Of a stretch of DNA of 64,000 nt, positions 1 through 10,261 are shown one piece after another; position 1 is the first letter of the stretch; each line of letters starts with the position of its first letter. This DNA comes from Candidatus Altiarchaeota archaeon. Lineage in GTDB: Archaea > Altiarchaeota > Altiarchaeia > IMC4 > SCGC-AAA252-I15. The stretch spans positions 147,327 to 211,326 of the forward strand of contig JAZDMS010000010.1 in the NCBI GenBank assembly GCA_043800705.1. The letters are read 5' to 3'. The notes under the pieces were generated by a model that worked only from the letters and a program-made list of their open reading frames with translations, searched no databases and had not been told where the DNA came from. A program made the translations under genes and the position numbers.

Positions 1-408
1 CACTTCGCTGTCGCGCTTCTTGCCTGCGAACGGCGTGTCGGTGATCATGAGGTCGTGGCAGTACTGCTGCAGGCGGCATGTGAGGTTCCTCGGGCATACT
101 ACGCAGTTGAGGTCGTGGTTGGCAAGGAGCAGCTCGAGGTTCATCCTCCTGGCCTCGAGGACCCTCGGCGTGTGGGTCTTGACCTTCATGCCCTCTGCGA
201 CGGGCGTGCAGCATGAGGCTATGAGCCTGGGGGCTCCTTCGACCTCGACTATGCACATCCTGCATGCGCCGATGCGGTCGAGGCGGCGGTTCCAGCAGAA
301 GTGGGGTATGTCTATCTTGTTCCTCCTGGCGACGTCGATGAGCATCTCCCCCTCTTGGGCCTCGACAGTCTGACCGTTCAGGGTTATCTTCACGGTCCTA
401 TTTTCCAC
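1..408 (-). CDS. N-terminus (partial, runs off window) of a HydA/NuoG/FdhA-type Fe-S subunit of the NuoE/NuoF-like complex
   Basis: Not in ORF track; translated by hand from GTG at 408: MENRTVKITLNGQTVEAQEGEMLIDVARRNKIDIPHFCWNRRLDRIGACRMCIVEVEG...IASCCTPVAEGM...LLLANHDLNCVVCPRNLTCRLQ. Has [2Fe-2S] Cys pattern and HxxxCxxCxxxxxC [4Fe-4S] motif; overlaps the stop of the NuoF-like gene; G-rich RBS upstream. Confidence 0.9.
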   Translation of the reverse strand, partial: MENRTVKITLNGQTVEAQEGEMLIDVARRNKIDIPHFCWNRRLDRIGACRMCIVEVEGAPRLIASCCTPVAEGMKVKTHTPRVLEARRMNLELLLANHDLNCVVCPRNLTCRLQQYCHDLMITDTPFAGKKRDSEV

Positions 409-2041
409 TTTTACCCCCCGGTTTAAGGTTTTTGCAGACCCCCGTGCGGCAGGTCTTCTTGACGACGTGTTCGGCGTATTCCTCCATGAAGTAGTTCATG
501 GTCGACAGTATCGGGTTCGGCGCAGTCTGGCCGAGGCCGCAGAGCGAGCAGTCCTTTACGAATATCGCGAGCTTCTTGATGGATCCGAGGTCCTTCGGAG
601 TGGATGTGCCGCCCGTTATCTTCTCCATGTATTCGAGGAGGCGGGCGTTGCCTTCCCTGCACGGCGTGCATTTGCCGCAGGACTCCTCCTTGATGAAGTT
701 CATATAGTATCTTGCTATCTCGACCATGCAGTCCTCGTCGTTGAGGACTATCATCCCCCCGGAGCCGATGATGGCTCCGAGCTTCGTGACGGTCTCGTAG
801 TCGAGGGGCGTGTCCATGAGGTTCGCGGGTATGCAGCCGCCGGATGGTCCGCCCATCTGCACCGCCTTGAATTCCGTGCCTTCCAGGGCGCCTCCGCCTA
901 TGTCGAACACGATATCCCTCAGCGTCGTCCCGAACGGGACTTCGACGACACCCGCCCTCCTGATCTTGCCGACGAGGCAGATGGCCTTCGTGCCCTTCGT
1001 GTTCTCCGTCCCGACCTTCGAATATTCTTCGGAGCCGATCCTGAAAAGGGTTGCGACGTTCCCTAGGGTGTCGACGTTGTTGATGTTCGTCGGCTTCCCC
1101 CAAAGGCCGCGCTCGCCCGGGAAAGGAGGCCTCGGCATCGGGTAGCCCCTGTTGCCCATTATCGAGTTCATGAGGGCGGTCTCCTCGCCGCATACGAACG
1201 CGCCGGCCCCCTTCTTGAGCGATATCTCCAGGTTGAATCCCTGCCTGTCGAGTATGTTCTGCCCCAGGAGGCCCCGGTCCTTGAGGATCTGTATGGCTTG
1301 GTTGATCGTCTTGATGGCAAGGGGGTACTCCTCCCTCGTGTAGACGAACGCCTCGTCGGAGCCTATGGCGTACGCGGCTATCATCATGCCCTCGAGGACC
1401 CTGAACGGGTCGCTCTCAAGGAGGGTGCGGTTCATGAACGCGCCGGGGTCGCCCTCGTCGCCGTTGCAGACGAGGTACTTCTTCCCCTCCCTCTTCGAGA
1501 TGATGTCCCACTTCTTCCCTGCAGGGAAGCCTGCGCCTCCGCGGCCCCTCACCTTCGAGTCCAGGACGTATTTGATCACCTGCGCAGGCTCCATCGACAG
1601 GGCGCGGTCGAGGCCCTTGAACCCCCCTGAGGCGACGTACTGTTCCAGGCTCAGAGTATCGATTATCCCGCAGCTTTCCATCACCAGCCTCTTCTGCTTC
1701 TTGTAGTAGTCTATGTCCAGGAGGCTGTGGCCGACGAGGCAGCTGTCGTAGGTTCCGCCATACTTTATGGATGATATGAGCTCGTCGACGTTATCCTTTA
1801 CTATGTGGGCGTATATCGAGTTTGTTCCGTTCTGTTTCACGTTGACTATCGGCTCGTTATAGCACATCCCGGAGCAGCCTACGGGGTCCACGGGGATGCC
1901 GAGGTCCGAGTGCCTGAGCTTCTCCAGGACCGGCATCGCGCCCGCAGATATGCCGCATGTTGCGACCCCGACGGTAATCCTGTCCCCGGCCAGGTGCTTC
2001 TCTGCCTTCTCAGGGTCTATGATATCTGTTATCGTCTTCAT
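398..2041 (-). CDS. nuoF: NADH-binding flavoprotein subunit, HydB/NuoF/HoxF family
   Basis: RGRGGAGFP, NGDEGDPGAFM, GAGAFVCGEETAL, GGPSGG, ESCGKCTPCREG and SLCGLG motifs; N-terminal thioredoxin-like ferredoxin domain. Confidence 0.95.
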   Translation of the reverse strand: MKTITDIIDPEKAEKHLAGDRITVGVATCGISAGAMPVLEKLRHSDLGIPVDPVGCSGMCYNEPIVNVKQNGTNSIYAHIVKDNVDELISSIKYGGTYDSCLVGHSLLDIDYYKKQKRLVMESCGIIDTLSLEQYVASGGFKGLDRALSMEPAQVIKYVLDSKVRGRGGAGFPAGKKWDIISKREGKKYLVCNGDEGDPGAFMNRTLLESDPFRVLEGMMIAAYAIGSDEAFVYTREEYPLAIKTINQAIQILKDRGLLGQNILDRQGFNLEISLKKGAGAFVCGEETALMNSIMGNRGYPMPRPPFPGERGLWGKPTNINNVDTLGNVATLFRIGSEEYSKVGTENTKGTKAICLVGKIRRAGVVEVPFGTTLRDIVFDIGGGALEGTEFKAVQMGGPSGGCIPANLMDTPLDYETVTKLGAIIGSGGMIVLNDEDCMVEIARYYMNFIKEESCGKCTPCREGNARLLEYMEKITGGTSTPKDLGSIKKLAIFVKDCSLCGLGQTAPNPILSTMNYFMEEYAEHVVKKTCRTGVCKNLKPGGKSGK

Positions 2042-2481
2042 TTATACCCCGCCAAGACCTTGTCGACCTTCTCCTTGGTCAGCTGTCCGAAGACTTCCTC
2101 GTCTATCATCATGCTCGGCGCGTATGCGCAGGCTCCGAGGCAGTTGACGGATTCGAGCGTGAATAGGCCGTCCTTGGTCGTCTCCTTATCCTTTACGCCG
2201 AGCTTCTCCGAGACGTATTCATGGATGAGGTCGGAGCGCCTCACATGGCATGCCGTCCCCGAACAGACTTTGATGACGTGCTTCCCCGACGGGATCAGCT
2301 TGAAGGCCGCGTAGAAGGTGACGACTCCGTAGATGTCGACTATCGGGATCTTGAGCCTCTGCTCTATCCTTCGCATGTTCTCCTCGGAGACGTAGCCGAA
2401 AGTCTCCTGGATATCCTCCAAGACGGCGATGAGGTCGGAACGGCCCGAATACTTGGCGAGGATGTCGTCCACGGAAGCCAT
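2038..2481 (-). CDS. nuoE: [2Fe-2S] subunit, HydC/NuoE family
   Basis: VCSGTACHV and VNCLGACAYAP motifs; 4-nt overlap with the NuoF-like gene. Confidence 0.95.
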   Translation of the reverse strand: MASVDDILAKYSGRSDLIAVLEDIQETFGYVSEENMRRIEQRLKIPIVDIYGVVTFYAAFKLIPSGKHVIKVCSGTACHVRRSDLIHEYVSEKLGVKDKETTKDGLFTLESVNCLGACAYAPSMMIDEEVFGQLTKEKVDKVLAGYK

Positions 2482-2561
2482 GCTTAACCAATTGCGATTG
2501 CTAATAAAAATACGCCTACTTGGAGACCCGCTTATAATCTGATTCGCATAATAAGGTTCCG

Positions 2562-3647
2562 ATGCAGCTGAAGAAAACGCCGCTTTGCGGTACTCACGAA
2601 AAACTCGGCGCCAGGATGGTGGACTTCGGAGGATGGTACATGCCGGTCCAGTACTCCGGCGTGGTCGAAGAGCATAACGCCGTCCGCAACGAAGCAGGCC
2701 TTTTCGATGTCAGCCACATGGGCGAATTCGACGTCCAAGGGGCGAAGGGCGAGGCGTTCCTGAACAGGCTCGTCGCGAACGACGTCTCGAAGATGGCAGA
2801 CGGCATGTGCCTCTACACCCCGATGTGCTACGAGAACGGCACCATAGTCGACGACCTCATCATCTACAGATACGACGGGGAACACTACCTGCTTGTGGTC
2901 AACGCTGGCAACATCCAGAAGGACTGGGACTGGGTCAACAAGAACAACAAGGAGGGCGTCATGCTCCGAAACGACAGCGACAAGACCGCGGAAGTCGCGA
3001 TACAGGGGCCAAAGGCCGTTGGAATACTGCAGATGCTCTCCGACTACGACCTGTCGACGCTGAAGAAGTTCAGGTTCGCCAAGATGAAGGTCGCGGGGAT
3101 CGGTGCCCTCGTCTCGAGAACGGGATACACCGGAGAGGACGGCTTCGAAATCTACGTCGACAGCGGTAAGGCGGTCAAATTGTGGGACGCGCTCATGGAG
3201 GCGGGGGAAGGTGTCCTGAAGCCAGCTGGCCTCGGTGCAAGGGATACGCTCCGCCTTGAGTCCGCGATGATGCTCTACGGCAACGACATCGACAATACGA
3301 CCACCCCCATAGAGGCCGGCATAGGATGGACTGTGAAGCCCGAAAAGGGGGAATTCATCGGGAAGGCCGTCGTCGGCAAACAGAAGGCGGAAGGCACTAA
3401 GAGGCGGCTAGTCGGGTTCAAGATGGTCGGGCCAGGCATAGGGCGCCACGGCTACGAAGTCCAGATAGGCGGGAAAACCTCTGGAAAGGTCACATCCGGA
3501 ACATACAGCCCGACGCTGAAGACGGCGATTGGGCTCGCATACCTGCCGGTAGAGAACTCGACAATAGGCTCGGAGTTCGACGTGATGATCAGGGACAAAC
3601 CGGTGAAGACGGTCGTCGTGGAGACGCCGTTCATAAAGAAGAAATAA
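2562..3647 (+). CDS. gcvT: glycine cleavage system aminomethyltransferase T
   Basis: LKKTPL, MVDFGGWYMPVQY, GLFDVSHMGE, SRTGYTGEDGFE, GLGARDTLRLE motifs. Confidence 0.97.
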   Translation: MQLKKTPLCGTHEKLGARMVDFGGWYMPVQYSGVVEEHNAVRNEAGLFDVSHMGEFDVQGAKGEAFLNRLVANDVSKMADGMCLYTPMCYENGTIVDDLIIYRYDGEHYLLVVNAGNIQKDWDWVNKNNKEGVMLRNDSDKTAEVAIQGPKAVGILQMLSDYDLSTLKKFRFAKMKVAGIGALVSRTGYTGEDGFEIYVDSGKAVKLWDALMEAGEGVLKPAGLGARDTLRLESAMMLYGNDIDNTTTPIEAGIGWTVKPEKGEFIGKAVVGKQKAEGTKRRLVGFKMVGPGIGRHGYEVQIGGKTSGKVTSGTYSPTLKTAIGLAYLPVENSTIGSEFDVMIRDKPVKTVVVETPFIKKK

Positions 3648-3684
3648 AGCCGTTATTTAATTCTGCCGGTTGCGATATTTAACC

Positions 3685-5193
3685 ATGGCCGGTGTGGTCT
3701 TTGAAAAATCCCCCTCTGAAGGCGGACTCCTCAAGGACCTGTCGTCCATGTTCGCAATGCTTGCGGCATTTTTGCTCCTGTTTTGCTCGATTTTATTCGG
3801 AGTGTTCGGGGATCGCCCTCTGGAGACCGGTATCACATACTCTCTCGCCTCCATTTTTGTTTTCAGCTTCATCTCCCTCGCCGCCGTCTCGGACATATAC
3901 GACCTGAAGCTGGGAAGGTTCGGAATGAACAACGTCGTCTTGTCGTTTGTCTCGGGAATAATGTTTCTTGTTTCAGCCAAGGTCGCCGGACCGCTGGCTT
4001 CAGGCATCCTTTTCTCCCTGACGTTCGTATTCTACTTCGCCTGGAATTCCCTCTCATTTTCCGCCAGGAACAGGAGGGTTGCATCGTTCGCAAAAAAATA
4101 CAGGCTTGCTGTCAAAGACGGGGGAGTATTCGGCATGTCGTCTGTCAGAGGATCTGTCGGCGGGAGGATGTTCAAGGGTTCCTTCAACCCGAAAAACAGG
4201 CTTGCGTATGCGGGATCGTATCATTCCTCCGTCTACGAGGTCGAGATCGGGACCCGCGCATATAAAGGGGCAGCATTCGCCGTCTACCGGAGCATGACGC
4301 CGATAGGCGCAGGAGAAAACATGCTCTCCAGCATGGCGGGATACGGCGAAGGCTTCGGAGAGGGCTCGCTCAAGCTCGTGGCAGGATTGAATCCGATTTG
4401 GCTAAGATACAACCAAGTGGGGGTTCCCGCGGCCATCGAAGCCAAAAAAGAATCGCTGATATCGTGTATGGGGCTCGCAGGGCTCCTGAGGATAAGCCTG
4501 AAGGACGGCGTCCTGAAGGCCGAGGTCCGCGCAGACATGGCCGAATCGCTGCCGCAGATAGCTTACTGGCTTGGAGAGATCGCCAAGGCGGCGGATGGCA
4601 TCGCCTCATCGGACAATATGGTGCCCTCAGAAGAGACGAAGTCCATTATACTCCCTAAGACACTGAAAAGCCTCATATACGGCGCAGCCGTGATTATGCT
4701 TGGAATCTTTGCCGTATTTTTCCTCTTCTTCGGCTGTATGCTCGCATTCTTCGGCTTCAACGTCATTGACTCCCTCGGCGACAGGCCTAATCCTACGGGC
4801 GCCTTCGAGTGCGAATCCAAATGGCTCTTCACGGAAAGCAACGAATGCTTCATGGAGCTTGCGTTCAGGCAAAAGGATCCCTCCTTGTGCGCCAGGATGT
4901 CGCCGGTTGAAAGCTCGTCCTTAAGGAAAGACACCCGCCTCGGGGAAAGGGGGTACATGATAGGCAGGACCTACTGCTACTTTTGGCTGGCGAAGGACAC
5001 CGACAATCCCGAATTGTGCAAAAGGATAGTCGGGAAACGGTCGCAGGAGCTCTGCGTCGCAGAGGTTGCAAGATCGAGAAAAGACCCGTCGTTATGCAAA
5101 GGGATGGAATACCTGAACGTGCGCGGCTGGTGCCTCGACGCCAGCACAGGCAAGCTCCCCCTGAAAGACCGGCCGCCCATGTTCCTCGATTGA
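3685..5193 (+). CDS. multi-pass membrane protein with C-terminal extracellular Cys-pair repeats
   Basis: About 4 N-terminal TM segments, one further TM, then repeats CFMELAFRQKDPSLC / CYFWLAKDTDNPELC / CVAEVARSRKDPSLC. Confidence 0.75.
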   Translation: MAGVVFEKSPSEGGLLKDLSSMFAMLAAFLLLFCSILFGVFGDRPLETGITYSLASIFVFSFISLAAVSDIYDLKLGRFGMNNVVLSFVSGIMFLVSAKVAGPLASGILFSLTFVFYFAWNSLSFSARNRRVASFAKKYRLAVKDGGVFGMSSVRGSVGGRMFKGSFNPKNRLAYAGSYHSSVYEVEIGTRAYKGAAFAVYRSMTPIGAGENMLSSMAGYGEGFGEGSLKLVAGLNPIWLRYNQVGVPAAIEAKKESLISCMGLAGLLRISLKDGVLKAEVRADMAESLPQIAYWLGEIAKAADGIASSDNMVPSEETKSIILPKTLKSLIYGAAVIMLGIFAVFFLFFGCMLAFFGFNVIDSLGDRPNPTGAFECESKWLFTESNECFMELAFRQKDPSLCARMSPVESSSLRKDTRLGERGYMIGRTYCYFWLAKDTDNPELCKRIVGKRSQELCVAEVARSRKDPSLCKGMEYLNVRGWCLDASTGKLPLKDRPPMFLD

Positions 5194-5230
5194 CGGGCGA
5201 TTTAAATTCTCCCTCCCATATCTCCACCGT

Positions 5231-6115
5231 ATGGACCTCCTGACGCAGCTGGAGTACGACGGCAAATGGGTGAAAGGCGTAATAGGCGACGCGAAAAAGC
5301 TGAAGAAGGGTGGAAAAAGATACAGCGAATCCCTCGAAGGGAGAGTCCTCACAATGCTGTTCATGAAGAACTCCACCCGCACACGCGTCAGCTTCGAGGC
5401 AGGGTTCGCGCAGCTCGGAGGCCACGCCATCTTCCTCGACTGGCGGACGACCAACTTCGACAAAGGCTCGCTCAGGGACGAGATCAGGTGCCTGGACAGA
5501 TACAGCGACATAATCATGGCTCGCGTATTCCGCCACCAGGAAATCGTCGACATAGCCGACGCAGCCGAAGTCCCGGTGATAAACGGCCTCTGCGACACAT
5601 ACCACCCCTGCCAGGCCCTCGCGGATGTAATGACCATATATGAAAAGCTGAAGAGATACAAGTTCAAGCTCGCATACACAGGCGACGGCAACAACGTATG
5701 CAACTCCCTCATGATAGCGTGCGCCAAAGTCGGGGCCGAGATGTCGGTCGCGACGCCGAAGGGATATGAACCCGCAGCAAACGCCGTCAACTATGCAAAG
5801 ACACACGGGACACTCACACTCACCAGCGACCCCAACGAGGCCGCCAAAGACGCTGATGTCGTATACACCGACGCATGGGTCGGCCTCGGCCAGGAAGGGG
5901 AAAAAGACAGGCGGATGAAGGCCTTCGCAGGCTATACCGTCACGAAGGAACTCCTAGGCGACGCCTACTTCATGCACTGCCTGCCCGCCGTCCGAGGACT
6001 CGAAGCGACCGACGAAGTCCTCGACAGCGAGAAGTCGATAATCTACGACGAGGCCGAGAACCGTATGCATGCCCAAAAGGCCGTGATGCTGAGACTCCTT
6101 CGTAAAAAAATCTGA
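5231..6115 (+). CDS. argF: ornithine carbamoyltransferase family protein
   Basis: STRT, HPCQALAD, GDGNNV, HCLP, EAENRMHAQKA motifs. Confidence 0.9.
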   Translation: MDLLTQLEYDGKWVKGVIGDAKKLKKGGKRYSESLEGRVLTMLFMKNSTRTRVSFEAGFAQLGGHAIFLDWRTTNFDKGSLRDEIRCLDRYSDIIMARVFRHQEIVDIADAAEVPVINGLCDTYHPCQALADVMTIYEKLKRYKFKLAYTGDGNNVCNSLMIACAKVGAEMSVATPKGYEPAANAVNYAKTHGTLTLTSDPNEAAKDADVVYTDAWVGLGQEGEKDRRMKAFAGYTVTKELLGDAYFMHCLPAVRGLEATDEVLDSEKSIIYDEAENRMHAQKAVMLRLLRKKI

Positions 6116-6173
6116 CCACCAAGAGGCGATAGAATTTCCGCTATTTTAAGCTCAAATATCCTGTTTGTGTTCG

Positions 6174-6668
6174 ATGGAAAAGCCCACCCATGTGAAGTTG
6201 ATGGGCGCGTTGGTTTTTTTGATAGTGTTGGTCCTGTCCGTCATCATAATCGTTGCGGTCTTCACGAAGTATGGGGATTCGGAGACGTTCCGGATGGACT
6301 GGTGGTTTTCCCCGGGCCCCCAGGTCACGACCACCTCGGTGACCGTGTCAACTACGACAACGACGCAGCCGGCCTCTACGACGTCGTCGACGAGCACCAC
6401 GACGTCATCCACGTCTTCGACGCTGCATTCGGGGAACAGGAGCCTCAGGATCCCCGACCTGCCGAAGCCGGAGCTCATAGGCGACCTCGATAACAACCTC
6501 GGCAGGATATTCGTAAACAAGTCGATCGTATTCAACGAAACAGGCGGCCTAAGCCGCATATCCGGGACTGTGCGGCAGCTTGTCGAGATCGACGAAGCAG
6601 ACATCGGAAAATACGATGGGGACGAGATATACCTCCAATACTGGAACGGGACGTGGGTACGTCTGTGA
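6174..6668 (+). CDS. membrane-anchored protein with Thr/Ser-rich linker
   Basis: N-terminal TM helix followed by TTTSVTVSTTTTTQPASTTSSTSTTTSSTSST. Confidence 0.75.
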   Translation: MEKPTHVKLMGALVFLIVLVLSVIIIVAVFTKYGDSETFRMDWWFSPGPQVTTTSVTVSTTTTTQPASTTSSTSTTTSSTSSTLHSGNRSLRIPDLPKPELIGDLDNNLGRIFVNKSIVFNETGGLSRISGTVRQLVEIDEADIGKYDGDEIYLQYWNGTWVRL

Positions 6669-6706
6669 TAAGGAAAAAATGTGGGGGATATCACCCCCAA
6701 CATCCT

Positions 6707-8915
6707 TCAGGGTCTGTGTTTCTTCTTCAAAGCAAAGAAGGAAAACAATGCCAGGACCACGATAGCAGCTGCAGCGATGGCGTATGTCGTACTATTGTCC
6801 TGCGGTTCGACGGCCTTTCTGGGGTTTTCCTCCTTCGCGGCAATGGCTTCTTTGGGGGGTTTGTCTTGCGCCTTCTTCTCGGAGGGGGGCGTGTATGCTT
6901 CCACCTCCCCTTTGATGCCTTTTAACTCCTTCAAGGCCTTCATGCACCTGCCTGCTTTGATATTATCTTTTACGTCATCAATCCTCTGCGCCCACCCGTC
7001 TTTGATGTTTTCAGGCGCTTTCGAGGCTTCTGATGCGGCTCTCGCATCTGATTCTGCCTTGGATACGTCCTCATCAAGCGGGTATAGGATGATCGACCTT
7101 TTTTCGCTGATCTTGTTGAACAAGTCCTTGAACCATGTAAAGTTTTCTGCTGGGATCTCCCCTTCTATGAACTGTATCCTCGCCTTCGCGTTGATTGCGT
7201 TGGTGTCCTCGTCCACGCCCGAAGACGATGATACCTTCAGGAACGGGTAGTCCATGCCCTCCACGAAGGGGTAGTCCTCTATCCCGAAGCATGCGGGAAG
7301 CGTGCTGTTGGCTTCGATATCGATGATTATTGCGGGATATACGGATATGGGGAACCTTCTCTTCTCCTTCGAGACGACGGCGGCGAACCCCCCGCCTCTG
7401 TCGCCCAGGTCATTTTCGGTCTCGAAGATGAGCTTGTTGCCTGACCTCGATGCCGCCTTCGCGCATGTGTAGTCGAATGCCGTTTCCATTTTCGAGTCGT
7501 TGAGGCTTATCCTCATATTCTTTATGGTTGCGTCGCCGCACTTGGCTGTCAATTTCGTCGCCATGGTCTCTTTCATGGCTGCCTCTAGGGGAGGAGACTC
7601 CCTGGGTTTTCATGCTTTTAGCTATCGCATAAGGGGCGTCCCCGACTATCACCATCCTGATTGCCCCGTTCTCGGAGCCGTTGCCGTCGATTTCGGAGTC
7701 TTCGGAGGCATAGAGGTACGATGCCTTCTCGGGGGGGAGTTCCATGGTCTTCGTGAATCCTCTTCTGTCGTCGAAGAGGACTAGGGCGTTTATCCCCTGC
7801 ACGGTGGTTGGGATGTGTCCTGGGGGGCAATATGTGCAGGTGGTGTCCAGCCACATGCCATTATCGACTTCCGGGACGTAGACGACACTATGGAAGAATG
7901 CGAACGGTCCTGGGACGTCCTTTTCGACGTCGCGATATGTGAGGATGACGGGATATGCCTTTATCCCCGCCTGTTTGAGCATCGTCGCCAGCAGGGCGGT
8001 TTGGCCTTTGCAGTCACCGCTTTCGCGGATCAGGGTCTGTTTCAGCTCGGCAGGTTTGTATCCGGACAGGAATGTAAGTCCGTAGTTCTCATATGTTATG
8101 TTCTCGCGGACGTAGCTGTAGAGGCGTTCAACCTTGGCCTTTTCCGACATGTCTTTCGTTGTTATGTTAGAGACCAGGTCCTGGACGTATTGGGTCTTGA
8201 TGACTTCGGTGAATAGGTCCTCGAACCATTCCTCGACCTCGTCCCATGACCCGAAGGTTGTGAACGACACCCTGTCGAGGCTGTATCTTGCGGGTGGCAT
8301 CATGTCCTCTTTCTCGTAGTAGGGGACGTTGTCGACCGCCCAGGTGTATGTCTTCTTTTCGCCGAGGTCCTCGATAATGGGCTGGGACTTCGTCGCGATA
8401 TATCTGAAGTTAATCCCAGACGGCACATCCACTGCAAGCCTCTGTTTTTCGATGGGCATCTGGCCTTCGAGGTATATGTCTTCGGGGCTCCATGCGGTTC
8501 CTTCCTTTGGGAATTTTATGTCCTCCTGGTACCTGATGTTTAAGGCATCTCCGACCTGCATCGAAGGGTAGTCGATTATCACCCCATCTGTGTACGTGTG
8601 GATGAGGTCGCTTTTGCATTTTTCGACCTTCTCGTCGGCCCTGATGATGGTGCAGTTCAGGAGGCCGAATTTGCCGTATTGGCCGTTCACGACTCTTGTG
8701 ATCTGGTATTCGTTTGCCTCATTTGGCTTGCACATCCTATACTGTTCCGTCGTCGTTATGACATCGCGGCCTTCGGTCAGTTTGTGGTTCTGGTCCCATA
8801 TCGCCAGTATGGCCCGCCCGTTCTTGGGATTGATGTCGCTGCAGGTGAATGCCGTTGCGGAGGTTGCATATATCAGAAAAAACAGTCCGATTGATGCTGT
8901 TGTCCTATAGTTCAT
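6707..8915 (-). pseudogene. secreted DUF3857/transglutaminase-like protein with C-terminal membrane anchor, split by an apparent 1-nt frameshift (ORFs 7410..8915 and 6707..7576)
   Basis: Signal peptide, GDCKGQTALLATMLKQAGI, FFHSVVYV and WLDTT (Cys-His-Asp triad). Removing one G from GGGG at 7588-7591 joins ...KTQGVSS to LEAAMKETMATK...; the second ORF ends in a TM helix plus KKKHRP. Confidence 0.7.
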
Positions 8916-8994
8916 GATGTCTTATTCGCTTAGTTGATTTAAAATGTTGAGGGTTTAATTATATTACTATCTTTTACTATAGTCTTTTTAGTGG

Positions 8995-9768
8995 CTAGGT
9001 AATTCTTCTTCTCTCCTTCATGAACGGGTATTTTTCCCTGTTCTTTCTGACATCTTCGGCCGAGATGTCGGCTGCTATGAACCCTTCCTTATCGCCTGCT
9101 TCTGCAATCACTTCCCCGTGGGGGTTGACGATCTTCGACGCGCCGAAGAATGTGTTATTCGGCGACTTCCCCGCCTGGTTGACTCCTGCGACGTAGGCCT
9201 GGCATTCGATGGCCCTCGCCTTCAGGAGGGTGTCCCAATGGGATTTTCGGGGGTTCGGCCAGTTGGCCTGGACTATGAGCAGGTCCGCTCCCTTGTCGAG
9301 CCCGGCCTGGAACAGCCCCGGGAACCTGAGGTCGTAGCATATCGCGGTCGTTGCTGTGAATTCCCCCAGCCTGTAGGCGACGGCCGAGGGCTTGCCAAGC
9401 GAATAACCCTTGTCTTCTCCCCCGTATGTGAACAGGTGTGTCTTGTGGTATTTTGACAAGACTGTGCCTTTGGCATCGAATGTTATCGACGTGTTCAAAG
9501 GCAGATGGCCGCCATTTTCCTCGATGTATGAGCCGACCACTGTAATCCTGTTCTCCATGGCCTGTCTGCGGAGGAACTTGAATGTCCCCCCATCCCGGCT
9601 TTCCGCGAACCTCCCCGAATCAAGTGTGACTCCGGTGGAGAAGAGCTCCGGGAGACACACCACTTCGCAGCCGTCTTCGGCTGCCTTACTTATCAGGCCT
9701 GCGGCCTTTTCGTAATTCCTCTCCTGGTCCTCCCATCCGATGTCAAGTTGGGCCAGCCCTACCCTCAT
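8995..9768 (-). CDS. carbon-nitrogen hydrolase (nitrilase superfamily, Nit/omega-amidase-like)
   Basis: Glu-Lys-Cys triad motifs LPELF, YHKTHLF, ICYDLRFP; LKARAIECQ. Confidence 0.92.
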   Translation of the reverse strand: MRVGLAQLDIGWEDQERNYEKAAGLISKAAEDGCEVVCLPELFSTGVTLDSGRFAESRDGGTFKFLRRQAMENRITVVGSYIEENGGHLPLNTSITFDAKGTVLSKYHKTHLFTYGGEDKGYSLGKPSAVAYRLGEFTATTAICYDLRFPGLFQAGLDKGADLLIVQANWPNPRKSHWDTLLKARAIECQAYVAGVNQAGKSPNNTFFGASKIVNPHGEVIAEAGDKEGFIAADISAEDVRKNREKYPFMKERRRIT

Positions 9769-9876
9769 GCTTCGGCCCCCCTATTCGTCGCATCGTCCAT
9801 CGTAGAATTATTGCCTACGGTGCTTATATTTCCCCTTGGTCAATACATAGTGTTTTCGACGTTTGCAGGTGTCAAG

Positions 9877-10260
9877 ATGGAGTATCCAAACGAGCTGAAA
9901 TATACCAAGGACCATGAGTGGATCAGGATCGAAGGCGATGTGGCCGTCGTCGGAGTGACCGATTATGCGCAGCATGCGCTCGGCGATATCGTATTCGTCG
10001 AACTGCCAAAGGTGGGCGCGGACGTAGTCAAAGGCAAGGGTGCCGGCGTAGTCGAATCGGTCAAGTCGGTCTCCGACGTCTTCTCCCCCATAAGCGGGAA
10101 GGTCGTGGACGTGAACAAGGCGCTGGAATCCAGCCCCGAGACGGTCAACAAGAGCCCGTACAGGGACGGGTGGATGTTCAAGGTCAAGGTCTCAGACAAA
10201 AAGGAGCTGGAGACCCTGATGGATTCGAAGGATTATCAGAAGCTTGTCGACAAGAAGTAA
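9877..10260 (+). CDS. gcvH: glycine cleavage system H protein
   Basis: YTKDHEWI, GVTDYAQHALGDIVFVELP, ESVKSVSD (lipoyl-Lys), VNKSPYRDGWMFK; start set at ATG 9877. Confidence 0.97.
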   Translation: MEYPNELKYTKDHEWIRIEGDVAVVGVTDYAQHALGDIVFVELPKVGADVVKGKGAGVVESVKSVSDVFSPISGKVVDVNKALESSPETVNKSPYRDGWMFKVKVSDKKELETLMDSKDYQKLVDKK

Positions 10261-10261
10261 G

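Noticed and set aside
423-1706. Long alternative-frame ORFs (also 4865..5806, 27641..28483, 49861..50790, 56467..57744 and many others)
   Set aside because: These are shadow ORFs of GC-rich coding sequence overlapping well-supported genes, with Arg/Pro/Gly-rich nonsense composition.
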